Source: Lachnospiraceae bacterium (lineage in GTDB: Bacteria > Bacillota > Clostridia > Lachnospirales > Lachnospiraceae). From it: a stretch of DNA of 64,000 bases. This document shows, in pieces, positions 46,604 through 56,111 of the stretch. The stretch covers positions 13,933-77,932 of the forward strand of contig JAVBSN010000027.1 in NCBI GenBank assembly GCA_031547045.1, given 5' to 3'. The first letter of the stretch is position 1. Each line of letters opens with the position of its first letter. The notes beneath the pieces were generated by a model. That model had not been told where the DNA came from. It searched no databases and worked only from the letters and a program-made list of their open reading frames with translations. A program made the translations under genes and the position numbers.

Positions 46604-49171
46604 ATGAGTTTATTCGAAAGTGTATTTGGAACACATAGTGATAAAGAAATAAAAAGAATTAAACCACTTATTGAAGGTATAGAAGCGTTAGACGAGACTA
46701 TGCAAAAATTAAGTGATGATCAGCTTAAGGCAAAGACTGATGAATTTAAGAAACGATTAGAAGATGGGGCGACCCTAGATGATATATTAGTAGAAGCATT
46801 TGCAGTAGTTAGAGAGGCAGCAAGCAGAGTTCTTAATATGAAGCATTATGAAGTTCAGCTTGTTGGTGGTATCGTGCTTCATCAAGGAAGAATATCAGAG
46901 ATGAGAACTGGTGAAGGTAAGACCTTAGTATCTACTTTACCAGCTTATTTGAATGCTTTGACTGGAAAGGGAGTTCATATAGTAACTGTTAATGATTACC
47001 TAGCGAAGCGTGATGCTGAGTGGATGGGACAAGTACATGAATTTCTAGGGCTTAAAGTAGGTGTTATACTTAATAGCTCAACTAATGAAGAAAGAAGAGC
47101 TGCATATAATTGTGATATTACATATGCTACTAATAATGAGCTTGGATTTGATTATCTAAGAGATAACATGGTTATATATAAAGAACAATTAGTTCAGAAG
47201 GAATTAAACTATGCAATCGTAGATGAGGTTGACTCTGTTCTTATTGATGAGGCAAGAACTCCGCTTATTATTTCGGGGCAAAGTGGAAAGTCAACAGAAT
47301 TATATAGAATGTGTGATATTTTAGCTAGGAGAATGAAGAGAGGTTCTTCAGATGGAGAAATATCAAAGATGGATGCTATGATGGGTGTTGATATAGAAGA
47401 AGATGGAGATTTCTTAGTAAATGAGAAAGATAAGCAAGTTATGCTTACAGCTCAAGGTATATCAGAAGTTGAGCAATTTTTCCATATAGAGAACTTAGCA
47501 GATCCAGAAAATGCAGAGATTCAACATAATATTATATTAGCATTACGTGCACATAATCTTATGTTTAAAGACCAAAACTATGTTGTAAAAGATGATGAAG
47601 TTCTTATTGTAGATGAATTTACTGGACGTATTATGCCAGGTAGAAGATATTCAGATGGTTTACACCAAGCTATAGAAGCAAAGGAAAATGTAAAGGTTAA
47701 GAGAGAGAGTAAGACTCTAGCAACAATTACATTCCAGAACTTCTTTAATAAGTATGCCAAGAAATCAGGTATGACAGGTACAGCGCTTACTGAAGAAAAA
47801 GAGTTTAGAGAAATATATGGAATGGATGTAATCGTAATTCCAACAAATCTTCCTATAGCCAGAATCGATCATCAAGATTCTGTATATAAATCAAAGAAAG
47901 AAAAGCTTAATGCAATAGTTGATGAAATTGTAGCTTCACATGATAAAGGACAACCGGTATTAGTTGGTACTATTACAATTGAAGCATCAGAAGAATTAAG
48001 TCATAGATTAAGCAAGAAAGGTGTGCCACATAAGGTTCTTAATGCTAAGTTCCATGAGATGGAGGCTGAAATTGTAGCAGAGGCTGGTCAAAAGGGTTCC
48101 GTTACAATAGCAACTAATATGGCAGGTCGTGGTACAGATATTAAATTAGGTGAAGGTGTTACAGATTTAGGTGGTCTTAAGATAATTGGTACTGAAAGAC
48201 ATGAGTCAAGACGTATTGATAATCAATTAAGAGGTCGTGCTGGTCGTCAAGGTGACCCAGGTGAATCTAAGTTCTACTTATGTCTTGAAGATGATTTAAT
48301 GAGACTATTTGGTTCAGAGAGAGTTATGTCTTTATATGATACTCTTAATATTCCTGATGGAGAAGAGATTCAACATAAGACAATAAGTAACTTTATTGAA
48401 AAGGCTCAAAAGAAAATAGAGAGTAATAACTTTGGAATTCGTAAGAATTTATTAGATTACGATCAAGTTATGAATGAGCAAAGGGAAATTATATATGCTG
48501 AGAGAAGAAGAGTTCTTGATGGCGAAAGTATGAGAGATGTTGTATATAAGATGATAGTAGATACTGTTGAAGATTGTGTAGATACAGTAATTTCAGAAGA
48601 TCAAAATACAGAAGATTGGGATGTAGCAGAGTTGAATCAATTAATGTTACCAATAATTCCAATTGATAAGATAGTATTATCAGAAGATAATAAGAAAATG
48701 TCTAAGAATGAGTTAAAGCATAGATTAAAGGAAGAAGCTATTAAGGTTTATGAAGCAAAAGAGACTGAGTTTGTTGAACCTGAGCACTTAAGAGAAGTTG
48801 AGAGAGTAATTCTTCTTAAAGTTATTGATAAAAAATGGATGACTCATATTGATGATATGATGCAACTAAGACAAGGAATAGGTCTTCAAGCTTTAGGAAA
48901 TAGAGATCCATTAGTTGAATATAAGTTTACAGGATATGATATGTTCAATGAGATGACAAGTTCAATACGGGAAGAGACAGCAAAGTTATTACTCCATGTA
49001 AGAATTGAGCAAAAGGTAGAAAGAGAGCAGGTTGCTAAGGTTACAGGCACTAACAAAGATGATAGTGTTACCAAAGGACCTGTTAGGAGACAATCAGCAA
49101 AGATAGGCAGAAACGATCAATGTCCTTGTGGAAGTGGAAAGAAATATAAACAATGTTGTGGAAGAAATTAG
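46604..49171 (+). CDS. secA: Preprotein translocase ATPase SecA
   Basis: 855 aa with DEAD-like motor motifs and a C-terminal zinc motif [14 protein letters not shown]. Confidence 0.97.
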   Translation: MSLFESVFGTHSDKEIKRIKPLIEGIEALDETMQKLSDDQLKAKTDEFKKRLEDGATLDDILVEAFAVVREAASRVLNMKHYEVQLVGGIVLHQGRISEMRTGEGKTLVSTLPAYLNALTGKGVHIVTVNDYLAKRDAEWMGQVHEFLGLKVGVILNSSTNEERRAAYNCDITYATNNELGFDYLRDNMVIYKEQLVQKELNYAIVDEVDSVLIDEARTPLIISGQSGKSTELYRMCDILARRMKRGSSDGEISKMDAMMGVDIEEDGDFLVNEKDKQVMLTAQGISEVEQFFHIENLADPENAEIQHNIILALRAHNLMFKDQNYVVKDDEVLIVDEFTGRIMPGRRYSDGLHQAIEAKENVKVKRESKTLATITFQNFFNKYAKKSGMTGTALTEEKEFREIYGMDVIVIPTNLPIARIDHQDSVYKSKKEKLNAIVDEIVASHDKGQPVLVGTITIEASEELSHRLSKKGVPHKVLNAKFHEMEAEIVAEAGQKGSVTIATNMAGRGTDIKLGEGVTDLGGLKIIGTERHESRRIDNQLRGRAGRQGDPGESKFYLCLEDDLMRLFGSERVMSLYDTLNIPDGEEIQHKTISNFIEKAQKKIESNNFGIRKNLLDYDQVMNEQREIIYAERRRVLDGESMRDVVYKMIVDTVEDCVDTVISEDQNTEDWDVAELNQLMLPIIPIDKIVLSEDNKKMSKNELKHRLKEEAIKVYEAKETEFVEPEHLREVERVILLKVIDKKWMTHIDDMMQLRQGIGLQALGNRDPLVEYKFTGYDMFNEMTSSIREETAKLLLHVRIEQKVEREQVAKVTGTNKDDSVTKGPVRRQSAKIGRNDQCPCGSGKKYKQCCGRN

Positions 49172-49183
49172 AGGGGTGGACTA

Positions 49184-50302
49184 GTGATAGAATTAGATCA
49201 GTATAGATATACACTTAATGGGTATTCGAACCCACTTAATGAACTGAAAAACTCACTAGATATTCCCACATTAGAACTAGAAGTTTCTAAATTAGAATAT
49301 GAGATGGAATCCCCAGAATTTTGGGGAGATGCTACTCGTTCAACAGAAATTACTAGAAAATTAAAAGGATTAAAGGATACAATAGAAAGCTTTAATCAAT
49401 TGAATAATGCATATCAAGATATAGATATTTTAATTGAAATGGCTAGAGAAGAGGAAGATGAAAGTTTATTAGAGGATATTGATAAAGAAATTTCGGATTT
49501 CTCTTACAAATTAGAGAATTTAAGAATAGCAACTCTTTTATCAGGAGAGTTTGATAAAAATAATGCAGTAGTAACTCTACATGCGGGAGCAGGTGGAACA
49601 GAAAGTTGCGACTGGACCAGTATGTTATATAGGATGTATACTCGATGGGCAGATAAGAAGGGTTATAGTGTAGAAGTTCTTGATTATCTAGATGGAGATG
49701 AGGCAGGAATTAAATCAGTAACTTTTCAGGTTAATGGTGAGAATGCATATGGTTATCTTAAAGCAGAAAAAGGTGTACATAGATTAGTAAGAATATCACC
49801 ATTTAATGCGGCAGGAAAGCGTCAGACGTCATTTGCATCATGTGATATTATGCCTGATATTGATGACGATATAACAGTTGATATTAATGAAGAAGATTTA
49901 AGAATAGATAAATACCGTGCAAGTGGTGCAGGTGGACAGCATGTTAATAAAACAGAATCAGCTATAAGAATTACACATATTCCTACGGGAGTAGTGGTTC
50001 AATGTCAAAATGAAAGATCACAACATAAAAATAAAGACAGAGCGATGAAGATGCTTATGTCCAAATTATATGTAATTAAACAACAAGAGAATCTAGACAA
50101 AATATCAGATATTCGTGGCGAAGTAACGGAGAATGGTTTTGGAAGTCAGATACGTTCATATGTTATGCAACCATATACCATGGTAAAAGATCACCGAACT
50201 AATGAAGAAGTGGGCAATGTTCAATCTGTAATGGATGGAGACATTGATACATTTATAAACGCATATCTAAAGTGGAATAGTATGGATAAGGATAAGGAGT
50301 GA
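49184..50302 (+). CDS. prfB: Peptide chain release factor 2 (single uninterrupted frame)
   Basis: 372 aa. GTG start after GAGGGGTGG. SPF (RISPFNA) and GGQ (SGAGGQHVN) motifs. Confidence 0.93.
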   Translation: MIELDQYRYTLNGYSNPLNELKNSLDIPTLELEVSKLEYEMESPEFWGDATRSTEITRKLKGLKDTIESFNQLNNAYQDIDILIEMAREEEDESLLEDIDKEISDFSYKLENLRIATLLSGEFDKNNAVVTLHAGAGGTESCDWTSMLYRMYTRWADKKGYSVEVLDYLDGDEAGIKSVTFQVNGENAYGYLKAEKGVHRLVRISPFNAAGKRQTSFASCDIMPDIDDDITVDINEEDLRIDKYRASGAGGQHVNKTESAIRITHIPTGVVVQCQNERSQHKNKDRAMKMLMSKLYVIKQQENLDKISDIRGEVTENGFGSQIRSYVMQPYTMVKDHRTNEEVGNVQSVMDGDIDTFINAYLKWNSMDKDKE

Positions 50303-50306
50303 TAAT

Positions 50307-50771
50307 ATGGCAGAACTACAATATGTAATGTTTAAACTAGGGAATCAGACATATACAATGGAGTTATTGAGTGTAAAAGGAATTGAGCAAGATTATAATA
50401 TTATGCCACTTCCAGTTGCCCCCCCCAATATCAAAGGATTAATAAACCTAAGAGGAGAAATTATTCCTGTATATAGTTTGAGAAGTAAGTTTAGTTTACC
50501 TGATGACTATACTGGAGATACGAAAAAGCTATTAGTAACTAATACTCATGGAATACCACTAGCTTTCGAAGTAGATTTAGTTATAGGGATTGAAGTTGTA
50601 AATGATTCCAAAGTTAGCGGAGTGCCAGTAGTACTTAAGTCTGAAGAAACGTCATATATGGATAGCATTGTAAATGTAAATGGAAGTATAATGATTAACA
50701 TATCAGTAGAAAGCATATTATCAGAATCAGAAGTAAATGATTTAAATAAAATTATAGATGAAAATAAATAA
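50307..50771 (+). CDS. cheW: CheW-like chemotaxis coupling protein
   Basis: 154 aa. YVMFKLGNQTYTMELLSVKGIEQ...IKGLINLRGEIIPVYSLR is the CheW-domain pattern. Confidence 0.8.
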   Translation: MAELQYVMFKLGNQTYTMELLSVKGIEQDYNIMPLPVAPPNIKGLINLRGEIIPVYSLRSKFSLPDDYTGDTKKLLVTNTHGIPLAFEVDLVIGIEVVNDSKVSGVPVVLKSEETSYMDSIVNVNGSIMINISVESILSESEVNDLNKIIDENK

Positions 50772-50792
50772 TATACATTAAGGAGTGGAATT

Positions 50793-52019
50793 ATGATAAA
50801 CATAGCAGTATTAGGATATGGTACAGTAGGATCTGGAGTAGTTGAGGTTCTTAATACTAATGGAGCAAGTATTTGTAAAAGAGCTGGAGATGATATTAAT
50901 CTAAAGTATGTATTAGATTTAAGAGAATTCCCAGGGGATATAGTTGAAAAAGTGTTAGTTCATGATTATGATGTTATATTAGCTGATGATACAGTGAAAA
51001 TAATTGTTGAAGTTATGGGTGGTGTAGAGCCAGCTTACACTTTTGTAAAGCAAGCATTATTAAAGGGAAAAAGTGTAGTTACATCAAACAAAGAACTAGT
51101 TGCAAAACATGGTGCTGAATTATTAGCAATTGCCAAAGAGAACAAATTAAATTTCTTATTTGAAGCATCTGTAGGTGGTGGTATACCAATTATTAGACCA
51201 CTTATTAACTCATTAACAGCAGACAAGATTACTGAAATTACAGGTATTTTAAATGGAACAACTAATTATATTTTAACAAAGATGGCAGAAGAAGGAGCAG
51301 CTTTTGAAGATGTTCTTAAACAAGCTCAAGAATTAGGTTATGCAGAGCGTAATCCAGAGGCAGATGTTGAAGGATATGATGCTTGTCGTAAGATTGCTAT
51401 ATTAACATCATTAGCATTTGGAAAGCAAGTTGATTATGAAGATATTTATACAGAAGGAATAACAAAGATTACAGATATTGATTTTAAATATGCAAAATCA
51501 TTAGATGCATCAATTAAAATAGTTGGAACAAGTAAAGTTATGGAAGATGGAAAAATATATTCAATGGTAGCACCAATTATTATTGATAAGAAACATCCAT
51601 TAATTAATGTAAATGATGTATTTAATGGTATATTTGTACATGGAAATGTATTAGATGATGTAATGTTCTACGGTCGTGGCGCAGGAAAACTTCCAACAGC
51701 TAGTGCAGTAGTATCAGATGTTGTTGATGCAGTTAAGCATAAAAATGTAAGCATTATGACTATTTGGAGTGAAGATAAGCTTGAACTTGGAAAATTCCAA
51801 GATGCTAAGCATAAGTTCTTTGTCAGAGTTAAAGATGAAGATATAGATGATATAGATTTATTACAGATAAAAGAGTTATTTGGAAATGTTCTATTTGTAA
51901 AAGCAGAAGGCGTTGAAGGGGAATCTGCATTTATTACTGAGGAAATAGCTGAAGGTGAATTTGCAGAAAGTATTAAGCAAGTTTCTAATGTAAAAAATAT
52001 CATTAGAGTAGATTTCTAA
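50793..52019 (+). CDS. hom: Homoserine dehydrogenase
   Basis: 408 aa. NAD motif VLGYGTVGSGV, a catalytic domain and a C-terminal ACT-like domain. Confidence 0.93.
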   Translation: MINIAVLGYGTVGSGVVEVLNTNGASICKRAGDDINLKYVLDLREFPGDIVEKVLVHDYDVILADDTVKIIVEVMGGVEPAYTFVKQALLKGKSVVTSNKELVAKHGAELLAIAKENKLNFLFEASVGGGIPIIRPLINSLTADKITEITGILNGTTNYILTKMAEEGAAFEDVLKQAQELGYAERNPEADVEGYDACRKIAILTSLAFGKQVDYEDIYTEGITKITDIDFKYAKSLDASIKIVGTSKVMEDGKIYSMVAPIIIDKKHPLINVNDVFNGIFVHGNVLDDVMFYGRGAGKLPTASAVVSDVVDAVKHKNVSIMTIWSEDKLELGKFQDAKHKFFVRVKDEDIDDIDLLQIKELFGNVLFVKAEGVEGESAFITEEIAEGEFAESIKQVSNVKNIIRVDF

Positions 52020-52043
52020 GAGTGAAAAATTTATTTTCACTCT
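52019..52043 (+). other. Perfect 10-bp-stem hairpin starting in the hom stop codon
   Basis: AGAGTGAAAA-attta-TTTTCACTCT. No U-tract follows. Confidence 0.6.
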
Positions 52044-52050
52044 GACGTTT

Positions 52051-52082
52051 GTGATTTCACCCTTGCAAGCAAGTGAAATCAC
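52051..52082 (+). other. Second perfect 10-bp-stem hairpin or palindrome
   Basis: GTGATTTCAC-ccttgcaagcaa-GTGAAATCAC. The loop itself contains the CTTGCAAG palindrome. Confidence 0.6.
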
Positions 52083-52129
52083 TGCACTAAATTATATTAG
52101 ATTAAATTTTATCACTGGAGGATAAATAA

Positions 52130-53335
52130 ATGAAATACATCATAGTATTAGGTGATGGGATGGCAGATTATCCAATTGAAGAAATTGGAGGAAAGACACC
52201 ATTAGAATATGCTAAAACACCTGTTATGGATGAATTAGCAAAAGTTTCTGAAATAGGATTAGTGCATACAATACCAGAAGGAATGAGCCCTGGTAGTGAT
52301 ACTGCAAATTTATCAGTTATAGGATATGACCCCAAGCAGTATTATACAGGTCGTTCACCATTAGAGGCATTAAGTATTGGTGTAGATATGAAGTCTACAG
52401 ATATATCATTTAGATGTAATATTGTTACTTTAAGTGAAGATGAGGCTGAATATGAGATGAGAACAATTATAGATCATAGTTCAAGTGAAATATCTACAGA
52501 AGATGCGACTGTATTACTTGAAGCTGTAAGAAAAGAATTAGAAGATGACTTATATAAGTTCTATGTAGGAACAAGTTATAGACATTTAACTATATGGGAT
52601 AATGGAAAAGTGTTGCCACTTACGCCACCTCATGATATATTAGGTAAGGTTATTAATGACTATTTGCCAGAGGATGAAGTATTATATAACATGATGAAGA
52701 AAAGTTATAATATATTAGTTAATCATCCTATAAATGTTGCGAGAAAAGAACAAGGACTTAATCCAGCCAATTCAATATGGTTCTGGGGAGCAGGTACTAG
52801 ACCAGCATTATCTTCTTTTGAAGAAAAGAATCACAAAAAAGGTGTTATGATATCTGCAGTAGATTTATTAAAAGGAATTGCTGTAGGTGCAGGAATGGAT
52901 AACATAGAAGTTGAAGGTGCTAATGGTGGACTTCATACAAATTATGAAGGGAAAGCTATGGCAGCAGTCAAAGCACTTTGTGAAGATGGTTATGATTTTG
53001 TATATGTTCATGTAGAAGCTCCAGACGAAATGGGTCATCAAGGAAGTCTTGAGAGAAAGATTCAAGCAATTGAGAATCTTGATCAAAGAGTAATTAAGAT
53101 AATTAAAGAAGAATGTGAAGCAAGAGAAGAAGATGTTAGAATATTAATACTTCCAGATCATCCAACTCCAATTTGCATTCGTACACATACTAGTGATCCA
53201 GTGCCATATATGTTATATGACAGCACTAATAAGTTAGATAATACATATATGTATAATGAAGCAGAAGCCAAAGCGAGTGGAAAATATGTGGCAGAAGGTC
53301 ATGCTATTATTAATCATTTATTTTGTAATGACTAG
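52130..53335 (+). CDS. ApgM-like cofactor-independent phosphoglycerate-mutase-family protein; proposed non-orthologous homoserine kinase
   Basis: 401 aa. GDGMAD N-terminus and VHVEAPDEMGHQG metal-binding motif of the archaeal iPGM family. Located between hom and aspartate kinase. Confidence 0.75.
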   Translation: MKYIIVLGDGMADYPIEEIGGKTPLEYAKTPVMDELAKVSEIGLVHTIPEGMSPGSDTANLSVIGYDPKQYYTGRSPLEALSIGVDMKSTDISFRCNIVTLSEDEAEYEMRTIIDHSSSEISTEDATVLLEAVRKELEDDLYKFYVGTSYRHLTIWDNGKVLPLTPPHDILGKVINDYLPEDEVLYNMMKKSYNILVNHPINVARKEQGLNPANSIWFWGAGTRPALSSFEEKNHKKGVMISAVDLLKGIAVGAGMDNIEVEGANGGLHTNYEGKAMAAVKALCEDGYDFVYVHVEAPDEMGHQGSLERKIQAIENLDQRVIKIIKEECEAREEDVRILILPDHPTPICIRTHTSDPVPYMLYDSTNKLDNTYMYNEAEAKASGKYVAEGHAIINHLFCND

Positions 53336-53358
53336 ATAAGAAGCATAAGGAGGAAAAT

Positions 53359-54561
53359 ATGTTAATAGTTAAGAAGTTTGGCGGTACATCTGTAGCCGAC
53401 AAAGAGAGAATGTATAATGTTGCTCAAAGATGTATAGAAGACTATAAAAAGGGTAATGATGTTGTTGTTGTTTTATCAGCTATGGGCAAATACACAGATG
53501 AACTAATTGATAAAGCAAAAGAAATGAATCCTAATCCACCTAAAAGAGAGATGGATATGTTATATACTATAGGAGAGCAAATGTCAGTATCTCTTATGGC
53601 TATGGTTATGAATAACTTAGGTGTTCCAGCAATATCACTTAATGCATTTCAAGTAGCTATGCATACAACAAGTGTATATGGAAATGCAAGACTTAAGAGA
53701 ATAGATAGCGAAAGAATTAAAAATGAATTAGACCAAAGAAAAATTGTTATCGTAACAGGATTCCAAGGTATAGATAAATTTGATAACTATACTACACTTG
53801 GAAGAGGTGGTTCTGATACAACAGCGGTTGCATTAGCGGCATCACTTAATGCAGATGTATGTGAAATATATACAGATGTAAATGGTGTTTACACAGCAGA
53901 TCCCCGCAAGGTGCCTAAGGCTCGTAAGTTAGATGCAATTACTTATGATGAAATGTTAGAATTAGCAACATTAGGTGCAGGAGTACTTCATAACCGTTCA
54001 GTTGAAATGGCTAAGAAGCAAGGAGTACAATTAGTAGTACGTTCAAGTTTAAATACATCAGAAGGAACCGTTGTTAAGGAGGTAACAAAAATGGAAAAAA
54101 TGCTAGTAAGTGGAGTAGCAGCAGATAAAGATGCAGCTAGAATAGCGTTAATAGGATTAAAGGATGAGCCAGGTGTGGCATTTAGATTATTCAATCATTT
54201 AGCAAGACATAATATCAATGTAGATATGATTCTTCAATCAGTAGGTAGAAATGGAACAAAGGATATCAGTTTTACTGTTGCAGTAGATAATGCAGATGAG
54301 GCTGTTGAGATAATTGAGAGACATTTCCATGAATATGAGAATGTAGATGTTGATAAGGATGTAGCTAAGGTTTCAATCGTTGGTGCAGGTATGATGTCTA
54401 ACCCAGGTGTTGCAGCGAAGATGTTTGAAGCATTATATGATGAAAACATTAACATTAAAATGATTTCAACTTCAGAAATAAGAGTAAGTGTTCTTATTGA
54501 TGTAAAATATACGGAGCAAGCTATGAATGCAATCCATGAGAAATTTGCATTAGGCGAGTAA
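53359..54561 (+). CDS. lysC: Aspartate kinase (monofunctional, two ACT domains)
   Basis: 400 aa. The N-terminus is VKKFGGTSVAD; ACT repeats at the C-terminus. Confidence 0.93.
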   Translation: MLIVKKFGGTSVADKERMYNVAQRCIEDYKKGNDVVVVLSAMGKYTDELIDKAKEMNPNPPKREMDMLYTIGEQMSVSLMAMVMNNLGVPAISLNAFQVAMHTTSVYGNARLKRIDSERIKNELDQRKIVIVTGFQGIDKFDNYTTLGRGGSDTTAVALAASLNADVCEIYTDVNGVYTADPRKVPKARKLDAITYDEMLELATLGAGVLHNRSVEMAKKQGVQLVVRSSLNTSEGTVVKEVTKMEKMLVSGVAADKDAARIALIGLKDEPGVAFRLFNHLARHNINVDMILQSVGRNGTKDISFTVAVDNADEAVEIIERHFHEYENVDVDKDVAKVSIVGAGMMSNPGVAAKMFEALYDENINIKMISTSEIRVSVLIDVKYTEQAMNAIHEKFALGE

Positions 54562-54585
54562 TAAATAAAATTAATATTGAGTGTG

Positions 54586-54618
54586 AAAGGGATACTATTT
54601 GATTGGTATCCCTTTTTT
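54586..54618 (+). terminator. Intrinsic terminator of the secA...lysC gene string
   Basis: AAAGGGATAC-loop-GTATCCCTTT followed by TTT. Confidence 0.8.
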
Positions 54619-54723
54619 ATGTTTAGTTATAAATGATGGAAAGTTGGCTTGATATTAATAGATATTTATGTTACTCTTGGTTTGGAAAGTGAACTTTCCA
54701 TTTTACTATAGGGGAGTGGTGAT

Positions 54724-54954
54724 TTGAAAAATCGTCTTGAAGAAATAAGAAAGTTGCGTGGAATTAAACAAGAGGAACTTGCTAACGATTTAGAAGTATC
54801 CAGACAGACAATTGGCTCATTGGAAAATGGGCGATACAATCCTTCAATTATCTTGGCTTTCAAAATAGCACGATACTTTGGGTTAAGTATTGAGGAAATC
54901 TTCATTTATGAGGAGGAGCAGGTATCTTTGGAGGTAATCTTGGAGAAGCCATAA
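54724..54954 (+). CDS. Small XRE-family HTH transcriptional regulator
   Basis: 76 aa. TTG start after GGGGAG. LRGIKQEELANDLEVSRQTIGSLENGRYNPS is the HTH_3 pattern. Confidence 0.8.
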   Translation: MKNRLEEIRKLRGIKQEELANDLEVSRQTIGSLENGRYNPSIILAFKIARYFGLSIEEIFIYEEEQVSLEVILEKP

Positions 54955-54995
54955 AAAATATAACATTAATCAAAAATCCACAAGCTACAAATTAA

Positions 54996-55209
54996 GTTGA
55001 AATCGAGGAAAAGGACGAGAGCAATAAAACTATTAACAATAAGGCAAAAGTAAGAGCTTATGACTTGATGATATATATATGGAGCAATTTTGCTTGCCTT
55101 TGTACTTATGCAGGTTGACATGTATGTAATCATAACCCTAGTAGTGGTGTATTTATTTATTGTTTTTATAAATGTGTATTATCTTACTAAATACCATAAG
55201 GAAATGTAA
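54996..55209 (+). pseudogene. Possible frameshifted remnant of the small membrane-protein gene that usually follows this type of XRE regulator
   Basis: Two overlapping open frames with no usable start. One reads VEIEEKDESNKTINNKAKVRAYDLMIYIWSNFACLCTYAG* and the other YIYGAILLAFVLMQVDMYVIITLVVVYLFIVFINVYYLTKYHKEM*. Both have hydrophobic TM-like content. Confidence 0.25.
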
Positions 55210-55255
55210 GATTTATTGAGCAAGTTCAGATTAACCATAAAATGAGGAGAATTGC

Positions 55256-55549
55256 ATGTTAGAATTAATTAAAAATAATATTATAATTGTTGTAGGGTAT
55301 TTGTTAATACTGAATACAGTAGGTTTATGTGCATTTGGAATTGACAAGCAAAAGGCTATAAAAAATAAATGGAGAATACCAGAGGCTACATTAATAGGAA
55401 TTGCTTTTCTTGGAGGAAGTCTTGGAGCATTGGCAGGAATGAAAATATTTCATCACAAAACTAAAAAGCCAAAGTTCTATGTTGGAATTCCTGCTATAAT
55501 AATATTTCAGATAATTTTATTGATACTTGGTGTTTTACTTATATCCTAA
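55256..55549 (+). CDS. DUF1294 membrane protein
   Basis: 97 aa. FGIDKQKAIKNKWRIPEATLIGIAFLGGSLGALAGMKIFHHKTKK is the DUF1294 signature. Confidence 0.8.
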   Translation: MLELIKNNIIIVVGYLLILNTVGLCAFGIDKQKAIKNKWRIPEATLIGIAFLGGSLGALAGMKIFHHKTKKPKFYVGIPAIIIFQIILLILGVLLIS

Positions 55550-55557
55550 TTTATGAT

Positions 55558-55595
55558 AAAATACAGTTGCTAAAGAATAGTTAACTGTATTTTTT
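55558..55595 (+). terminator. Intrinsic terminator
   Basis: AAAATACAGTT-loop-AACTGTATTTT followed by T. Confidence 0.6.
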
Positions 55596-55613
55596 GAAAT
55601 TTGGAGGTTACAT

Positions 55614-56093
55614 ATGAAAAGAGTAGATTATCTAAGTTGGGATCAATATTTTATGGGTGTTGCTTTATTATCTGCAGAGAGAAGTAAAGACCCACATACT
55701 CAAGTAGGAGCTTGTATTGTAGATGATAATAATAAAATATTATCAGTTGGATATAATGGTATGCCTTCTGGATGCCACGATGATAATATGCCATGGGGAA
55801 AGATAGGAAATGCTTTAGAAAATAAGTATTTCTTTGTGTGCCATGCTGAATTAAATGCAATACTTAATTATAGTGGAGGTTCTTTGGCTGGGGCAAGATG
55901 TTATTCAACATTATTCCCATGTAATGAATGTGCAAAAGCTATTATTCAAAGTGGAATAAAAGAAGTTGTGTATTTATCAGATAAGTATTCTGATACAGAA
56001 TCTACAATGGCATCAAAGATGATGTTTGATATGGCTGGAGTGTCATATAGAGAATTTAAAAATAGTGGTAAGAAAATTACCATAGAAATATAA
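55614..56093 (+). CDS. dCMP (deoxycytidylate) deaminase
   Basis: 159 aa with the zinc motifs CHAELNAI and PCNECAKAI. Confidence 0.9.
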   Translation: MKRVDYLSWDQYFMGVALLSAERSKDPHTQVGACIVDDNNKILSVGYNGMPSGCHDDNMPWGKIGNALENKYFFVCHAELNAILNYSGGSLAGARCYSTLFPCNECAKAIIQSGIKEVVYLSDKYSDTESTMASKMMFDMAGVSYREFKNSGKKITIEI

Positions 56094-56111
56094 TTTATAG
56101 AGGTAGGATGA

